Assembly (NCBI GenBank): GCA_963774265.1 | Contig: CAVZDU010000001.1 | Location: forward strand, 192,001-256,000 | From: an uncultured Chloroflexia bacterium | Lineage (GTDB): Bacteria > Chloroflexota > Anaerolineae > CG2-30-64-16 | Direction: 5' to 3' | Length of the DNA: 64,000 nucleotides | Shown here: positions 22,071-33,919 of the stretch, in pieces | Layout: each line of letters begins with the position of its first letter | Position numbering within the stretch: the stretch's first letter is position 1 | The notes under the pieces: model-generated | Databases searched by the model: none | Told to the model about the DNA's origin: nothing | What the model saw: the letters and a program-made list of their open reading frames with translations, nothing else | Program-made: the position numbers and the translations under genes

Positions 22071-23762
22071 ATGGCCATGCGTAAAGTTCTCACTCTCGCT
22101 TCGCTCGTGCTTGTTCTTGTCCTCGTGATCTCCGCGTGCAGCCCCGCGCCGGCGGCGACCACACCGGCCGCGGCCCCGACTGTTGCGCCCGCGCAGCCAC
22201 CTGCGACCGCTGCCCCCGGGACGAGTGCAACTGCTGAGGTGGCGCCCACGGCCGAGCCTCCACAGGCCGAGGTTGCCGCTGCTCCGCCCACCCTGCGCCT
22301 GCCCGATCTCAAGGGCCGCAAGGTGCGCGCGGTCACCGAAAACGCCTACACCCCGCTGAACTTCGTCGACCCGCTCACCGGCAAGGCAATCGGCTGGGAG
22401 TACGACGCGGTGAATGAGATTTGCCGCCGGTTGAACTGCACGGTGGAATGGGGCATCACCTCGTGGGACGCCATGATCCCCGCGGTCAAGGACGGGCAGT
22501 TCGACGTGGGCATGGACGGCATCACCATCAACGACGAGCGCAAGCAGCAGGTGGACTTCTCCGTGCCTTACATGGTGTCGCAGCAATTCATGCTAGTGCG
22601 CGCGGACGAGACCCGCTTCGCGACCGCCGCAGCGTTTGCGACCGACCCGAAGCTGCTGATTGGCTCGCAGGCGGGCACCACCAACTTTTATACCGCGGTG
22701 TACAGCGTGCTGGATGGCGACGAACAGAACCCGCGTATCAAGCTGTTCGAGACGTTCGGCGCGGCCGTGCAGGCCCTGCTGGGGGGCGATGTCGACACAG
22801 TCCTGATGGACAAAGCCTCGTCGGCGGGCTACATTGGCGCAAACCCGGACAAGCTCAAGATGCTCGACGAGGCGTTGGGGACCGAGCAGTTCGGGTTCAT
22901 CTTCACGCCCAAATCCGATCTGGTCGCGCCCTTCAACCAGGCCATCAACCAGATGAGGGCGGAAGGGTATCTCGACTATCTCAACAGCCGCTGGTTCTTC
23001 TTCACCGACCCGAACGGCGAGGATATGTATGACAAGCTGCCCGACCTGGCGGGCCGCACCGTCCGCGCGGTGACCGAGAACGCGTACACGCCACTCAACT
23101 TCGTGGATCCCGTCACGGGCAAGGCCGCGGGCTGGGAGTATGAGGTCACCGAGGAGATCTGCCGGCGCCTCAACTGCAAGGTGGAATGGGGCATCACATC
23201 GTGGGATGCGATGATCACGGCAGTGAAGGACGGCCAGTTCGACGTCGGCATGGATGGCATCACGATCACCGACGAGCGCAAAGGGCAGGTGGACTTCTCC
23301 GACCCCTATATACTATCGCAGCAGTTCATGCTGGTCCGCGCGGACGAGACCCGGTTCACCACCGCCGCGGCGTTCGCGGCAGACCCGAAGTTGTTGATTG
23401 GCTCGCAGGCGGGCACGACGAACTTCTACGTTGCCGTGTACAACGTACTGGACGGGGACGAGGCGAACCCGCGCATCAAGCTGTTCGAGACGTTCGGCGC
23501 CGCGGTGCAGGCGCTGCTGGGCGGCGATGTTGACATGGTGCTGATGGACGCTGCGTCCTCGCGCGGCTACATCGGCGCAAATCCTGACAAGCTTAAGGTG
23601 CTCGACGAGGCGTTGGGCACCGAGGAGTTCGGCTACATCTTCACGCCCAAGTCTGACCTGGTTGCACCATTCAACGCCGCCATCCAGACGTTGCAGGACG
23701 ACGGATTCCTCAACAAGATGAACATGCGCTGGTTCTACCTGTATAACGCGAGCGCGAAGTAG
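22071..23762 (+). CDS. Polar amino-acid ABC substrate-binding lipoprotein with two tandem SBP domains
   Basis: Lipobox ISAC, Pro/Ala tether, VTENAYTPLNF..GMDGITI..GSQAGTTNF occurring twice. Confidence 0.9.
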   Translation: MAMRKVLTLASLVLVLVLVISACSPAPAATTPAAAPTVAPAQPPATAAPGTSATAEVAPTAEPPQAEVAAAPPTLRLPDLKGRKVRAVTENAYTPLNFVDPLTGKAIGWEYDAVNEICRRLNCTVEWGITSWDAMIPAVKDGQFDVGMDGITINDERKQQVDFSVPYMVSQQFMLVRADETRFATAAAFATDPKLLIGSQAGTTNFYTAVYSVLDGDEQNPRIKLFETFGAAVQALLGGDVDTVLMDKASSAGYIGANPDKLKMLDEALGTEQFGFIFTPKSDLVAPFNQAINQMRAEGYLDYLNSRWFFFTDPNGEDMYDKLPDLAGRTVRAVTENAYTPLNFVDPVTGKAAGWEYEVTEEICRRLNCKVEWGITSWDAMITAVKDGQFDVGMDGITITDERKGQVDFSDPYILSQQFMLVRADETRFTTAAAFAADPKLLIGSQAGTTNFYVAVYNVLDGDEANPRIKLFETFGAAVQALLGGDVDMVLMDAASSRGYIGANPDKLKVLDEALGTEEFGYIFTPKSDLVAPFNAAIQTLQDDGFLNKMNMRWFYLYNASAK

Positions 23763-23789
23763 AAAGCTCGAACGCCATTTCGGGACAAT

Positions 23790-23841
23790 TGTAGAGACGT
23801 AGCATGCTAACTGTAGAGACGTAGCATGCTACGTCTCTACA
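23790..23841. repeat. GTAG-family REP palindrome with a partial upstream copy
   Basis: TGTAGAGACGTAGCATGCTACGTCTCTACA (23812-23841), perfect palindrome. Confidence 0.8.
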
Positions 23842-23863
23842 GTCCCAACCCCTTGGGGGTTTT

Positions 23864-24724
23864 ATGACCTCTCAACGATACGCTGCGCGGGAATCGCGCA
23901 TGCTTCCATTCACGAACCGGCTTGCGCGCCTGCCCTATTGGCTTCTCGCGACGATCCTGCTGGGCGTCATCTTCCTGTGGATCATGCTGGCCAACGCCGA
24001 TTATCGCGTCATCCTGAACGCGGTGGCGCGGGGCGTCGGCACGACCGTTTATGTAACATTTGTTGCATATCTGCTGGCAATCTTTATCGGGCTCGTCATT
24101 GGGCTGATGCGGGTGTCACAGGTTCGGATTGCGCACGAGGTCTCGACGTTTTACGTGGAGATCCTGCGCGGTGTGCCCATGCTGGTGATCCTCTACTACA
24201 TCGCCTTTGTCGGCGCACCGGGCCTGGCCCATGCTATCAACGCCGTCGGACAATTGCTGGCCGGCGCCGGGCCCCTGGCGGGCCTTGGCCGGGCGCTGAG
24301 TGGTTTCCAGGTGCGCGACCTGGATTTCACGACGCGCGCCATCATCGCGCTGACGCTGGGCTACAGCGCCTTCATCGCCGAGATCTTTCGCGCGGGGATC
24401 CAGTCGATCGGCCGGGGGCAAATGGAGGCGGCGCGTTCTCTGGGGATGTCCTACCGGCAAGCCATGGAAAGCATAATCCTGCCCCAGGCCGTGCGCACCG
24501 TGCTGCCGCCGCTGGGCAACGATTTGATCGCCATGTTGAAAGACTCGTCGCTCGTGTCGGTGCTGGGGGTGCAGGACATCACCCAGCTCGGCAAGGTCTA
24601 CTCCGCCAGCACGTTTCGTTTTTTTGAGACCTACAACGTGGTGGCTTTCCTCTACCTGGTCATGACCCTCGGGCTGACGCTGTTCGTGCGCTGGATCGAA
24701 CGACGTATGGCTCGGCGCGCCTAG
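23864..24724 (+). CDS. Polar amino-acid ABC permease (HisM/GlnP family)
   Basis: [40 protein letters not shown]. Confidence 0.9.
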   Translation: MTSQRYAARESRMLPFTNRLARLPYWLLATILLGVIFLWIMLANADYRVILNAVARGVGTTVYVTFVAYLLAIFIGLVIGLMRVSQVRIAHEVSTFYVEILRGVPMLVILYYIAFVGAPGLAHAINAVGQLLAGAGPLAGLGRALSGFQVRDLDFTTRAIIALTLGYSAFIAEIFRAGIQSIGRGQMEAARSLGMSYRQAMESIILPQAVRTVLPPLGNDLIAMLKDSSLVSVLGVQDITQLGKVYSASTFRFFETYNVVAFLYLVMTLGLTLFVRWIERRMARRA

Positions 24725-26320
24725 CAGCCTGTCGGGGAGTTGCCACTGTGGGACAGGCTGAATCGTGATACACTGGTCGCATGACCAGAAAATTCAAGAC
24801 GGTTGACTACGAAGCGGCTCTCGATCAGACGGTCAGTCTGCGAGAAGCGTTGCCGGCCAATCATCTGGCTCGGTTCGTGGTAGAGTTGGTGGCCCAGCTG
24901 GATTTAACCAACATCTACCAACGCTATGGAGCACACGGCGGCGAAGCCTATGCGCCGGAGATCCTGCTGGCGCTGTTGTTTTACGGCTACGCCACTGGCG
25001 TGTTCAGTTCCCGCAAGATCGAAAGGGCGACCTACGAGACGTTGCCTTTCCGGTTTGTAGCGGGCGGGCTGCATCCCGATCACGACACGCTGGCGAACTT
25101 TCGCAAGACGTTTCGGGTCGAGATCAAAGAGCTGTTCGTGCAAGTGCTGTTTCTGGCCCAGGCTACTGGCTACTTCAAGCTTGGCAACATCAGCATGGAT
25201 GGCTCCAAGGTGCATGCCAATGCTTCCAAGAGCAAGGCGATCAGCTTCAAACGGCTACTGGAACTGGAAGCCCACTTGCGGGCCGAAGTGGACCAGTTGT
25301 TCATCCTGGCTGAACAGGCGGACCGCCACGAACTGTCGGACGCCATGAATGTCGCCGACGAGATCACTTTACGACAGGAACGTCTTGAGCGGTTGGCCGA
25401 GGCCAAGAAGGTGCTGCAAGCCCGGGCGCAGGAGCGGCAGGCGGCCGAGCAGGCCGAGTACGAAGCCAAGCAACGTGAGCGCGCTGGCCAAAGCCAAGCG
25501 CTCAGGACGCAAGCCGCCGGGACGGCCGCCAACGCCGCCGTCTGGCGAGCCGCAGGACAAGGACCCGTACAACTTCACCGACCCTGAGTCGCGGATCATG
25601 AAGTGTTCCAGCAGCGCCGGGTTTGAGCAAGCCTACAACGCCCAGGTGGCAGTAGACCAGGATAGCTTGTTGATCGTCGCCTATAGCTTGTCCAACCACC
25701 CGAACGACAAAGCCGAGGCTGAACCAACTCTGGAAGCTCTGCCACCGGCCCTGGGCACGCCCGCAGCGGCGGCGCTGGACAACGGCTTCTGGAGCGAGAA
25801 GAATCTCGCTGCTCTGGAAAAGCGGCGCATCGAGCCTTACATCGCCACGGGCCGCGAGCCGCATCACAAGAGTTGGCAAGAGCGCTTCACCGCCGAGCCC
25901 GAGCCGCCAGCGGAGGATGCCAGCCCGCAGGTCAAGATGGCCTACAGGCTGCGTACTGAGATCGGCCAGGCGATCTACCGCTTACGCAAATGCACCGTCG
26001 AGCCGGTGATTGGCATCATCAAAGCGGTGCTCGGCTTCCGCCAGTTCTCGTTACGCGGCCTCAACGCCGCCGATAGCGAATGGGCCCTGGTCTGTTTGGC
26101 CTTTAACCTGAAGCGCATGCATACGTTGAGCTTGGCCTAACCGCGCCCAGCGCATGCTGGAGGCGGCTCGATGCAGCGCCGCCCGCCTGAGTTTGGGATG
26201 TTAAGGATCATTTTCGATACTCGCCTGCCGGAGACCGTCACTACCAGCCGCTAACGTTAGCCCTTTGGGCTTACCGTACCGGCTGTTAGCCAGCCAATAA
26301 CGCTCCTCTCCGACAGGCTG
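24725..26320 (+). mobile_element. IS1182-family element with CTAG target duplication
   Basis: Terminal IR CAGCCTGTCGG(G/A)GAG at both ends; CTAG at 24721-24 and 26321-24. Confidence 0.9.
24781..26140 (+). CDS. IS1182 transposase, apparent frameshift near 25480
   Basis: YGYATGVFSSRKIE, PDHDTLANFR, DGSKVHANAS, TDPESRIM, YNAQVAVD, RKCTVEPVIG. Confidence 0.9.
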
Positions 26321-28140
26321 CTAGAGCCACAGCACCAATTGCGCGGGGGAATCCAGCACCAGGTCCGCCTCGTTGAAGTCGCCATCCTGGCCGAAGCCAC
26401 AGCGCACCCCAACGGCCAGCGCGCCGGCCGCCTTCCCCGCGTGGACATCCACGACGGTGTCGCCCACCATGATGCACTGTTCCGCGGGCACGCCGAGCAG
26501 CTCGGCGGCCAGCCGCACCGCCATCGGATGGGGTTTCATGTGCGGAACGTCCTCGCGCGTCACCACTGCACCGAGCAGGCTGCGCACCCCAACCTGGTGC
26601 AGGATGGCTTCGGTTTCTCCGCGCTCGCGATTAGTGACGATCCCCAACAGGTAACCGCGGCTGCGCAACACGCGTAGTGCGTCCGTGACGCCGGCCACGC
26701 TCTCACAACACGGCAGCTCAGCCTCGCCGGTGACGCGGCGGACCCAGCGCCGGACGCGGTATGCGGCATCGTCCAGGTGGACGCGGTCCAGCAGGGTGAT
26801 CGTCAAATTGGCCGGGCCTTCCAACACCATGACGGCCCGGCGGGCGAGCGCGAGCCGCTGCGTTTCGGACAATAACTGCCTGAAGATGGTCATCTTGCTG
26901 GCCGCCCAACGCGAAAGGTAATCGTCCGTCTCGACCAGCGTGCCATCGATATCGAAAAGGATCGCCGCCACCGCGCGCTTCTGGACGGTTTCGCCCCAAA
27001 TCAGCCGGTGGTCGGGCGTTTCAGGCTCGACAAACGGCTCCTGGTCAAACAGCTTGCGCAGGACATACCCGCCCAGCACACGCGTGCCCGCGATGGTCGG
27101 CGCGGCGAGGAGGATGCCGAGGATGCCGCCCAGGGCGCCGCCGGAAAAGGCGCCGATGATCACCACGGCCGGATGCAGGCGAATGCGGGCGCCGACGACG
27201 CGCGGCAGCAGATAGAGGTTCTCAACCTGTTGGACGAGGATGTAAACCAGGGTGACGAGAAGCGCAAACCAGATATTGGGCAAGGGCAGCCACGATGAGC
27301 CCAGCACCAGTGCAAAGGCAACGCCGGGGATCGCGGCGAGCACGGGGCCGATGGATGGCACGAATTCGAGCAATGCAGAAATCACGCCCAGCATCGGGGC
27401 GTTGCGCACCCCCAGGACCGTCATCAGGAGCCAGACGACCACACCGACGATGATGCCGAGCAGCACCTGGCCCCGGACAAACGAGTCCCAGATCAGGGAA
27501 AGCTCACGCCAGAGCCGCCCCAACTCAGGCCGCCAGGGATCGGGAACGCGTTCAGAGATGAACCGGCCGAAGCGCGGTCCGTCGCGCGCCGTGTAAAACG
27601 CGACAACGAGGATGACGAAGAACCAGACGATCCCGTTGACCGCGCCCTGAGCACGGTCGTGAGGCCGCTGGCGAACGGGGTGACCAGGGTCTGCATGTTG
27701 CTGATGTTGCCGAGCTCAGGCCCCACCACCGACTGCAGCCATTGGTTGATCGGCTGGTAGAACGGACCGAGGTTGATGACCAGGTCCGGGGTGATCTCGA
27801 TGGGCTTCGGCGTGACACTCAACAGCTCGTTGACAACCTTGGTAAAGGTGACGCTGAACGCCCCCACCGCATTGACGAGCCGCGGGGCAATGGCGGCCGG
27901 CAGCGCAAATAGCACCAGCACCGCCAGGACCTGCACGACGGCCACCACCGCCGTGCGTGACCAGCCGGTGTTGCGCTGCGCCCACGGAATGGGGACAGAC
28001 ACCAGGTAGGCCAGGAACAGGGCGATGATCAGGGGTGCGATGATCACGCTGACGCGGGATAGCAGGAACACCACCGCGACCAGGAGTGCCACGGTGACGA
28101 GCTGCTTGACAAAAGGCGTCCAGTGCGTGTCCGAATGCAT
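26321..28140 (-). CDS. AI-2E family transporter fused to a C-terminal HAD hydrolase; apparent frameshift near 27640
   Basis: FVRGQ..EFVPSIGP..QQVENLYLLPRVVG..LHP, then FDIDGTL, IVTN, KPHP and MVGDTVVD within one ORF. Confidence 0.8.
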
Positions 28141-28189
28141 GCGCGAAATCTTACCACATGCGTCCCAACCACTCAATTCGGGCGCCATC

Positions 28190-28221
28190 AAAAAAACCTC
28201 CGAGGCGACCTCGGAGGTTTA
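28190..28221 (-). terminator. Rho-independent terminator after lepB
   Basis: aaaaaaacctccgagg-cga-cctcggaggttt. Confidence 0.75.
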
Positions 28222-28243
28222 TTGCGATTCTGCTACGACCGGC

Positions 28244-28819
28244 TCAATCCACCGGCCCGATCTCTTCCAGGGGCCAGTAGCGGAAGAGCGCCCTGCCGAT
28301 CAACTCTTCCATCGGCACGGGGCCGAAGGTGCGTGAGTCACGGCTGGCCGAGCGGTTGTCGCCCATGACGAATACATTGAAAGGAGGCACAACCCACGAA
28401 CGGCCGCTGCCCTGCGTCGGTTGATCCAGGTACGGCTCGGAGATCGGCGTGCCGTCGACGTAGACCCTGCCATCGGCAAGGGTCACCCGTTCGCCGGGCA
28501 ATCCGACGATACGCTTGATCAGCAGTTCCGGGCTGCCGCCCGGGTCGCGCAGCACCACCACATCGCCCCGCCTGGGACCGTGGAGGTGGTAGCTGAGCTT
28601 CTCGATCACCAATCGTTCGTTGGTGTGGAGATTCGGCTCCATGCTCTGGCCGTAGACGCGTGTCGCCTGGGCCAGGAACAGATGAATCAAGAGTGCGATG
28701 ACGATGGCAGGCACGATCGTGCCCACCATGTCCCGCAGTACTGCCCCTACCCACGAACCGAATTCAGACTGCGGTTTCGGTTCGTCCGGCGGAGGCAGCA
28801 CCGGCAGCTCATTAGCCAT
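28244..28819 (-). CDS. lepB: Signal peptidase I
   Basis: GQSMEPNL, IKRIVGLPGE, GDNRSASRDSR. Confidence 0.95.
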   Translation of the reverse strand: MANELPVLPPPDEPKPQSEFGSWVGAVLRDMVGTIVPAIVIALLIHLFLAQATRVYGQSMEPNLHTNERLVIEKLSYHLHGPRRGDVVVLRDPGGSPELLIKRIVGLPGERVTLADGRVYVDGTPISEPYLDQPTQGSGRSWVVPPFNVFVMGDNRSASRDSRTFGPVPMEELIGRALFRYWPLEEIGPVD

Positions 28820-28842
28820 ACATCACCCACGGAGATAGGATT

Positions 28843-31086
<2,244 letters not shown>

Positions 31087-31219
31087 TGAAAACCCTGAAC
31101 CTCTCTCCTGCTCGCGGCAGGATTTGCCATAGTGAGGGCATACGCATCCAGGCGCATTCCTCATAGTATCTGTCCGGAGAAGTTCAGGGACTGGGGACTG
31201 GGGCCTAGGCTGGATCCTT

Positions 31220-31277
31220 GTAGAGACGTAGCATGCTACGTCTCTACCCATGCTACGTCTCTACCCATGCTACGTCT
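31220..31277. repeat. Second GTAG-family REP palindrome with 17-bp partial tandem copies
   Basis: GTAGAGACGTAGCATGCTACGTCTCTAC (31220-47), then ccatgctacgtctctac and ccatgctacgtct. Confidence 0.8.
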
Positions 31278-31344
31278 GTGCCACCCCTAGGTTCCACTCC
31301 CCAATTCCTGCGCCCTCCGGCCCAATCAAACGTCTAACCACCAA

Positions 31345-31376
31345 ACGAGTAGATACGACAAATCGCATCTACTCGT
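31345..31376 (-). other. Stem-loop between rpsO and pnp (terminator or RNase III-type site)
   Basis: ACGAGTAGAT..ATCTACTCGT, 10-bp inverted repeat. Confidence 0.5.
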
Positions 31377-31419
31377 CAATGGGGCCGCTTACGATTTGGA
31401 TCGCTTCAACCGCTTTCGT

Positions 31420-31690
31420 TTACTTGCGCAGGCCCAGGCGCTCGATCAGCTCCTGGTAGCGCTCCGGGTCCTTCGTGGCTCAGATACGCCAGGTGCCGGC
31501 GGCGCTGGCCGACCAGCTTGAGCAGACCACGGCGCGAAGACTGATCGTGCTTGTGCGTCTTCAGATGATCGATCAGTGCATTGATGCGCGTCGTCAGGAT
31601 CGCAACCTGCACTTCCGGCGACCCCGTATCACTGGCGTGTACGTGGTATTCCTGGATGATGGCGTTCTTTTCAATCTTTGAGAGAGCCAT
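31420..31690 (-). CDS. rpsO: 30S ribosomal protein S15 (1-bp indel near the 3' end)
   Basis: [38 protein letters not shown]. Confidence 0.95.
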
Positions 31691-31770
31691 TGCAGAACAC
31701 TCCTTTCGTGATAGTGACCGGGGCACCGCTGGAATACCAAGGCGCATGTCCCAGTCGACTTACGGGTGAG

Positions 31771-31799
31771 AGTATACCACGCGATCCGGCGAGAGGCAA
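31771..31799 (-). promoter_or_regulatory. rpsO promoter
   Basis: Minus strand TTGCCT-17-TATACT. Confidence 0.5.
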
Positions 31800-31899
31800 A
31801 ACGGGGCCGCGCGTGCTGCTGCGGGGGCGCGAGGGGGCTACTGCTTCCTGGCCGGGGGCCGCCGGCCGCTGCGCACCCCGCAGACCACAAGAGCTCGCC

Positions 31900-32213
31900 G
31901 GCCATCGGCCTGCCTGCGCAAGCCCAGCATGTAGGAAAGCGGTGCTGCGTACGCCCTCTGGGTAGAGCCGTTCCTGAGTTGCCTCCGGAACTCCTCCAGA
32001 TCCTCTCGTAGCGAGTACATGCCTCGCTCCTTTCCCGTTGCGGCCAGAACGCCGTCAATGGAAGTCGCCGCCCACCGCATAGGTGAGCTGCCGCCACTTG
32101 ACGGCGGACTCCAGGGGGGCCGCGGCGCGGATGGCCGCGTCGATTGCGGCCACGACGGGTGCGGCGTCGGGCCGCGTCCCAGCCAGAAACTCCGAAAGTG
32201 CAGACTCGCCCAT
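31900..32213 (-). pseudogene. Fused gene remnants: DUF1801-like N-terminus plus a truncated hypothetical protein
   Basis: AIDAAIRAAAPLESAVKWRQLTY then a stop; MYSLREDLEEFRRQLRNGSTQRAY fragment with its own RBS. Confidence 0.5.
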
Positions 32214-32375
32214 GTGTCTTCCCCCTGTCAATCGGCGAAGGCCCAATGCCCTCGCGCCGCCACTTGTTGGGCAGGGTGAGCGCCCGCAAATCCCAGAACG
32301 CCAGAGGCGCCAGGACGCCGGCCGCTGTCCAAACGGTGGGCAGGGGCGCAGGCTGCGAGCGTGTACCAGACCGTC

Positions 32376-33326
32376 TCATTCAAACCGCTCAAGACGCGGG
32401 AGCCCGAGTTCCTTGCATAGGCGTTGCGTATCGGCGAGATGCTCTGCGGTGGATCGGGCATACTCCAGACACCAGAGCAGCTGGTAGATGGCACGCCGTT
32501 CTTGATACAACGGCGCTATAGGACAGATTGCCTCATACGGCCCCCAGAACTCAGCGCTCGTCATGCCTTTCCACAACTCAAGCCGCGCCAGGTCTGTCTC
32601 GTGATGGCCGGCCCAGGCCTTGTCGAAGTCCAGAATCGTTGCCAGGCGCCACTGCCCCCGGTCGCGCCGGAAAAGGATATTGTGCATGTGAAGATCTTCA
32701 TGACAGAGGCTTGCCTTACGAACATCCAGGAAGAGAGGCCTCTGTCTCTCCAACGCCGAGAAGAAAAGATCACGCAGGCGGGCGCTTCTGATAATGGACC
32801 GAGCGTGTTTCTGCAACGCTGCCGGGTAGGGTTCATCTCCCTGAACACAGCCATCAGGGGCAAGTTCACCAAATGCGGGGAAATGAATCGTGTGCAGTTG
32901 AGCAACCGCGCTGCCGATCTGCCGGTAGGCGTCGGACAACTGCTCCCTGGTCATCTGTCGCCGCGCGGCTGCCCACTCCTGTCCCGGAATGTACGTCTTG
33001 ATGAAGTATCGCCAGGGCCAGGCCTGGCAGGACGTGTCGACGGCCAGCACTTCGGGCATAGGGATGGTCGTATGCGTCGCCACCAGGCGCTGGAACATGG
33101 CGGTGCGTTCAAATGCAGAAGCCAGTGGCGCGTCGGGCCCGGCCAGTTTTGCCACCACCTTCATGGAAGGGCGGCGGAGTTGGAGGAGCAGAACAAGGTA
33201 ATCGTGCTGCTGGTTGCCGATCTTGCAGCCGGCCAATTCAACCCCGGCGCCGAGTATCTGCTTCAGCAATTGCAGTAACAGGTCATGCGGGATAGCTGTT
33301 CCGGTTTGCGCTGGTCCGATACTCAT
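32376..33326 (-). CDS. Aminoglycoside-phosphotransferase-like (APH/choline kinase fold) protein
   Basis: IPMPEVLAVD, LCHEDLHMHNIL, ILDFD. Confidence 0.85.
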   Translation of the reverse strand: MSIGPAQTGTAIPHDLLLQLLKQILGAGVELAGCKIGNQQHDYLVLLLQLRRPSMKVVAKLAGPDAPLASAFERTAMFQRLVATHTTIPMPEVLAVDTSCQAWPWRYFIKTYIPGQEWAAARRQMTREQLSDAYRQIGSAVAQLHTIHFPAFGELAPDGCVQGDEPYPAALQKHARSIIRSARLRDLFFSALERQRPLFLDVRKASLCHEDLHMHNILFRRDRGQWRLATILDFDKAWAGHHETDLARLELWKGMTSAEFWGPYEAICPIAPLYQERRAIYQLLWCLEYARSTAEHLADTQRLCKELGLPRLERFE

Positions 33327-33488
33327 GATGGTAGTTGCTCTCCAAGACCCAGACTGCCCGCAAGAGGACGCAGGCTGGCGAAATGGCCTTCGCCGGTCTA
33401 TCGCACGCGGCAAGGCCAGGAGCAGCGGGTTACGTTCACGGTCAATACTGATTCTACGCCGGCGACCTCACTGCCGCCATGACTCCTG

Positions 33489-33795
33489 TCATGTGGGCTC
33501 GCCGAACAGCTCGACCAGCAGCCCGTACAGATCGTTGGCGTCATCGGCCCCGAAGCCGAGGAAGCGCTCGTCCTCGAAGTTGACGTAGTAGAACTTGTCT
33601 TCGCGCAGACGGTGGGCCAACTGCGCCAGCAGGGTTGACTTGCCGGCCCGGCGCAGGCCGGAGATGATGACGGCGTGGAGCAGCGGCGCCGCGCGCTCGA
33701 GGTCGCCCAACTGGGTCCGCTCGATGCCGGTGTCGCGGCGCCAGAAGGCCTCGAACTGCTCCAACAGCATGGCGCGGATCTGGTCCCTGGACCAT
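33489..33795 (-). pseudogene. Truncated AAA_14 ATPase (N-terminal ~100 aa only)
   Basis: IISGLRRAGKST, YVNFEDERF, then an abrupt stop. Confidence 0.75.
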
Positions 33796-33821
33796 CTGGT
33801 TATCCAATGATCGTCAGTCAT

Positions 33822-33866
33822 ACTGAAATCATTCTGATGTATGATTTCAGTGTCAATGAAATCATT
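33822..33866. promoter_or_regulatory. Palindromic operator-like site upstream of the truncated AAA gene
   Basis: ACTGAAATCAT-8-ATGATTTCAGT, adjacent minus-strand TTGACA, extra half-site TGAAATCAT at 33857. Confidence 0.55.
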
Positions 33867-33919
33867 ACCAGGGAGAAGCGGTTTCATGAGCACGCTGCGT
33901 TTCGACCGTGGGATGTGCC

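Noticed and set aside
31220-31277. Short repeats as a mini-CRISPR
   Set aside because: No unique spacers and no cas genes; they are REP arm duplications.
32040-32070. TGA in the DUF1801-like fragment as selenocysteine
   Set aside because: The sequence after the TGA does not continue the domain; it looks like a deletion junction.
32376-33326. Bona fide aminoglycoside resistance gene
   Set aside because: Only the generic APH/kinase fold motifs are visible; the substrate cannot be assigned.
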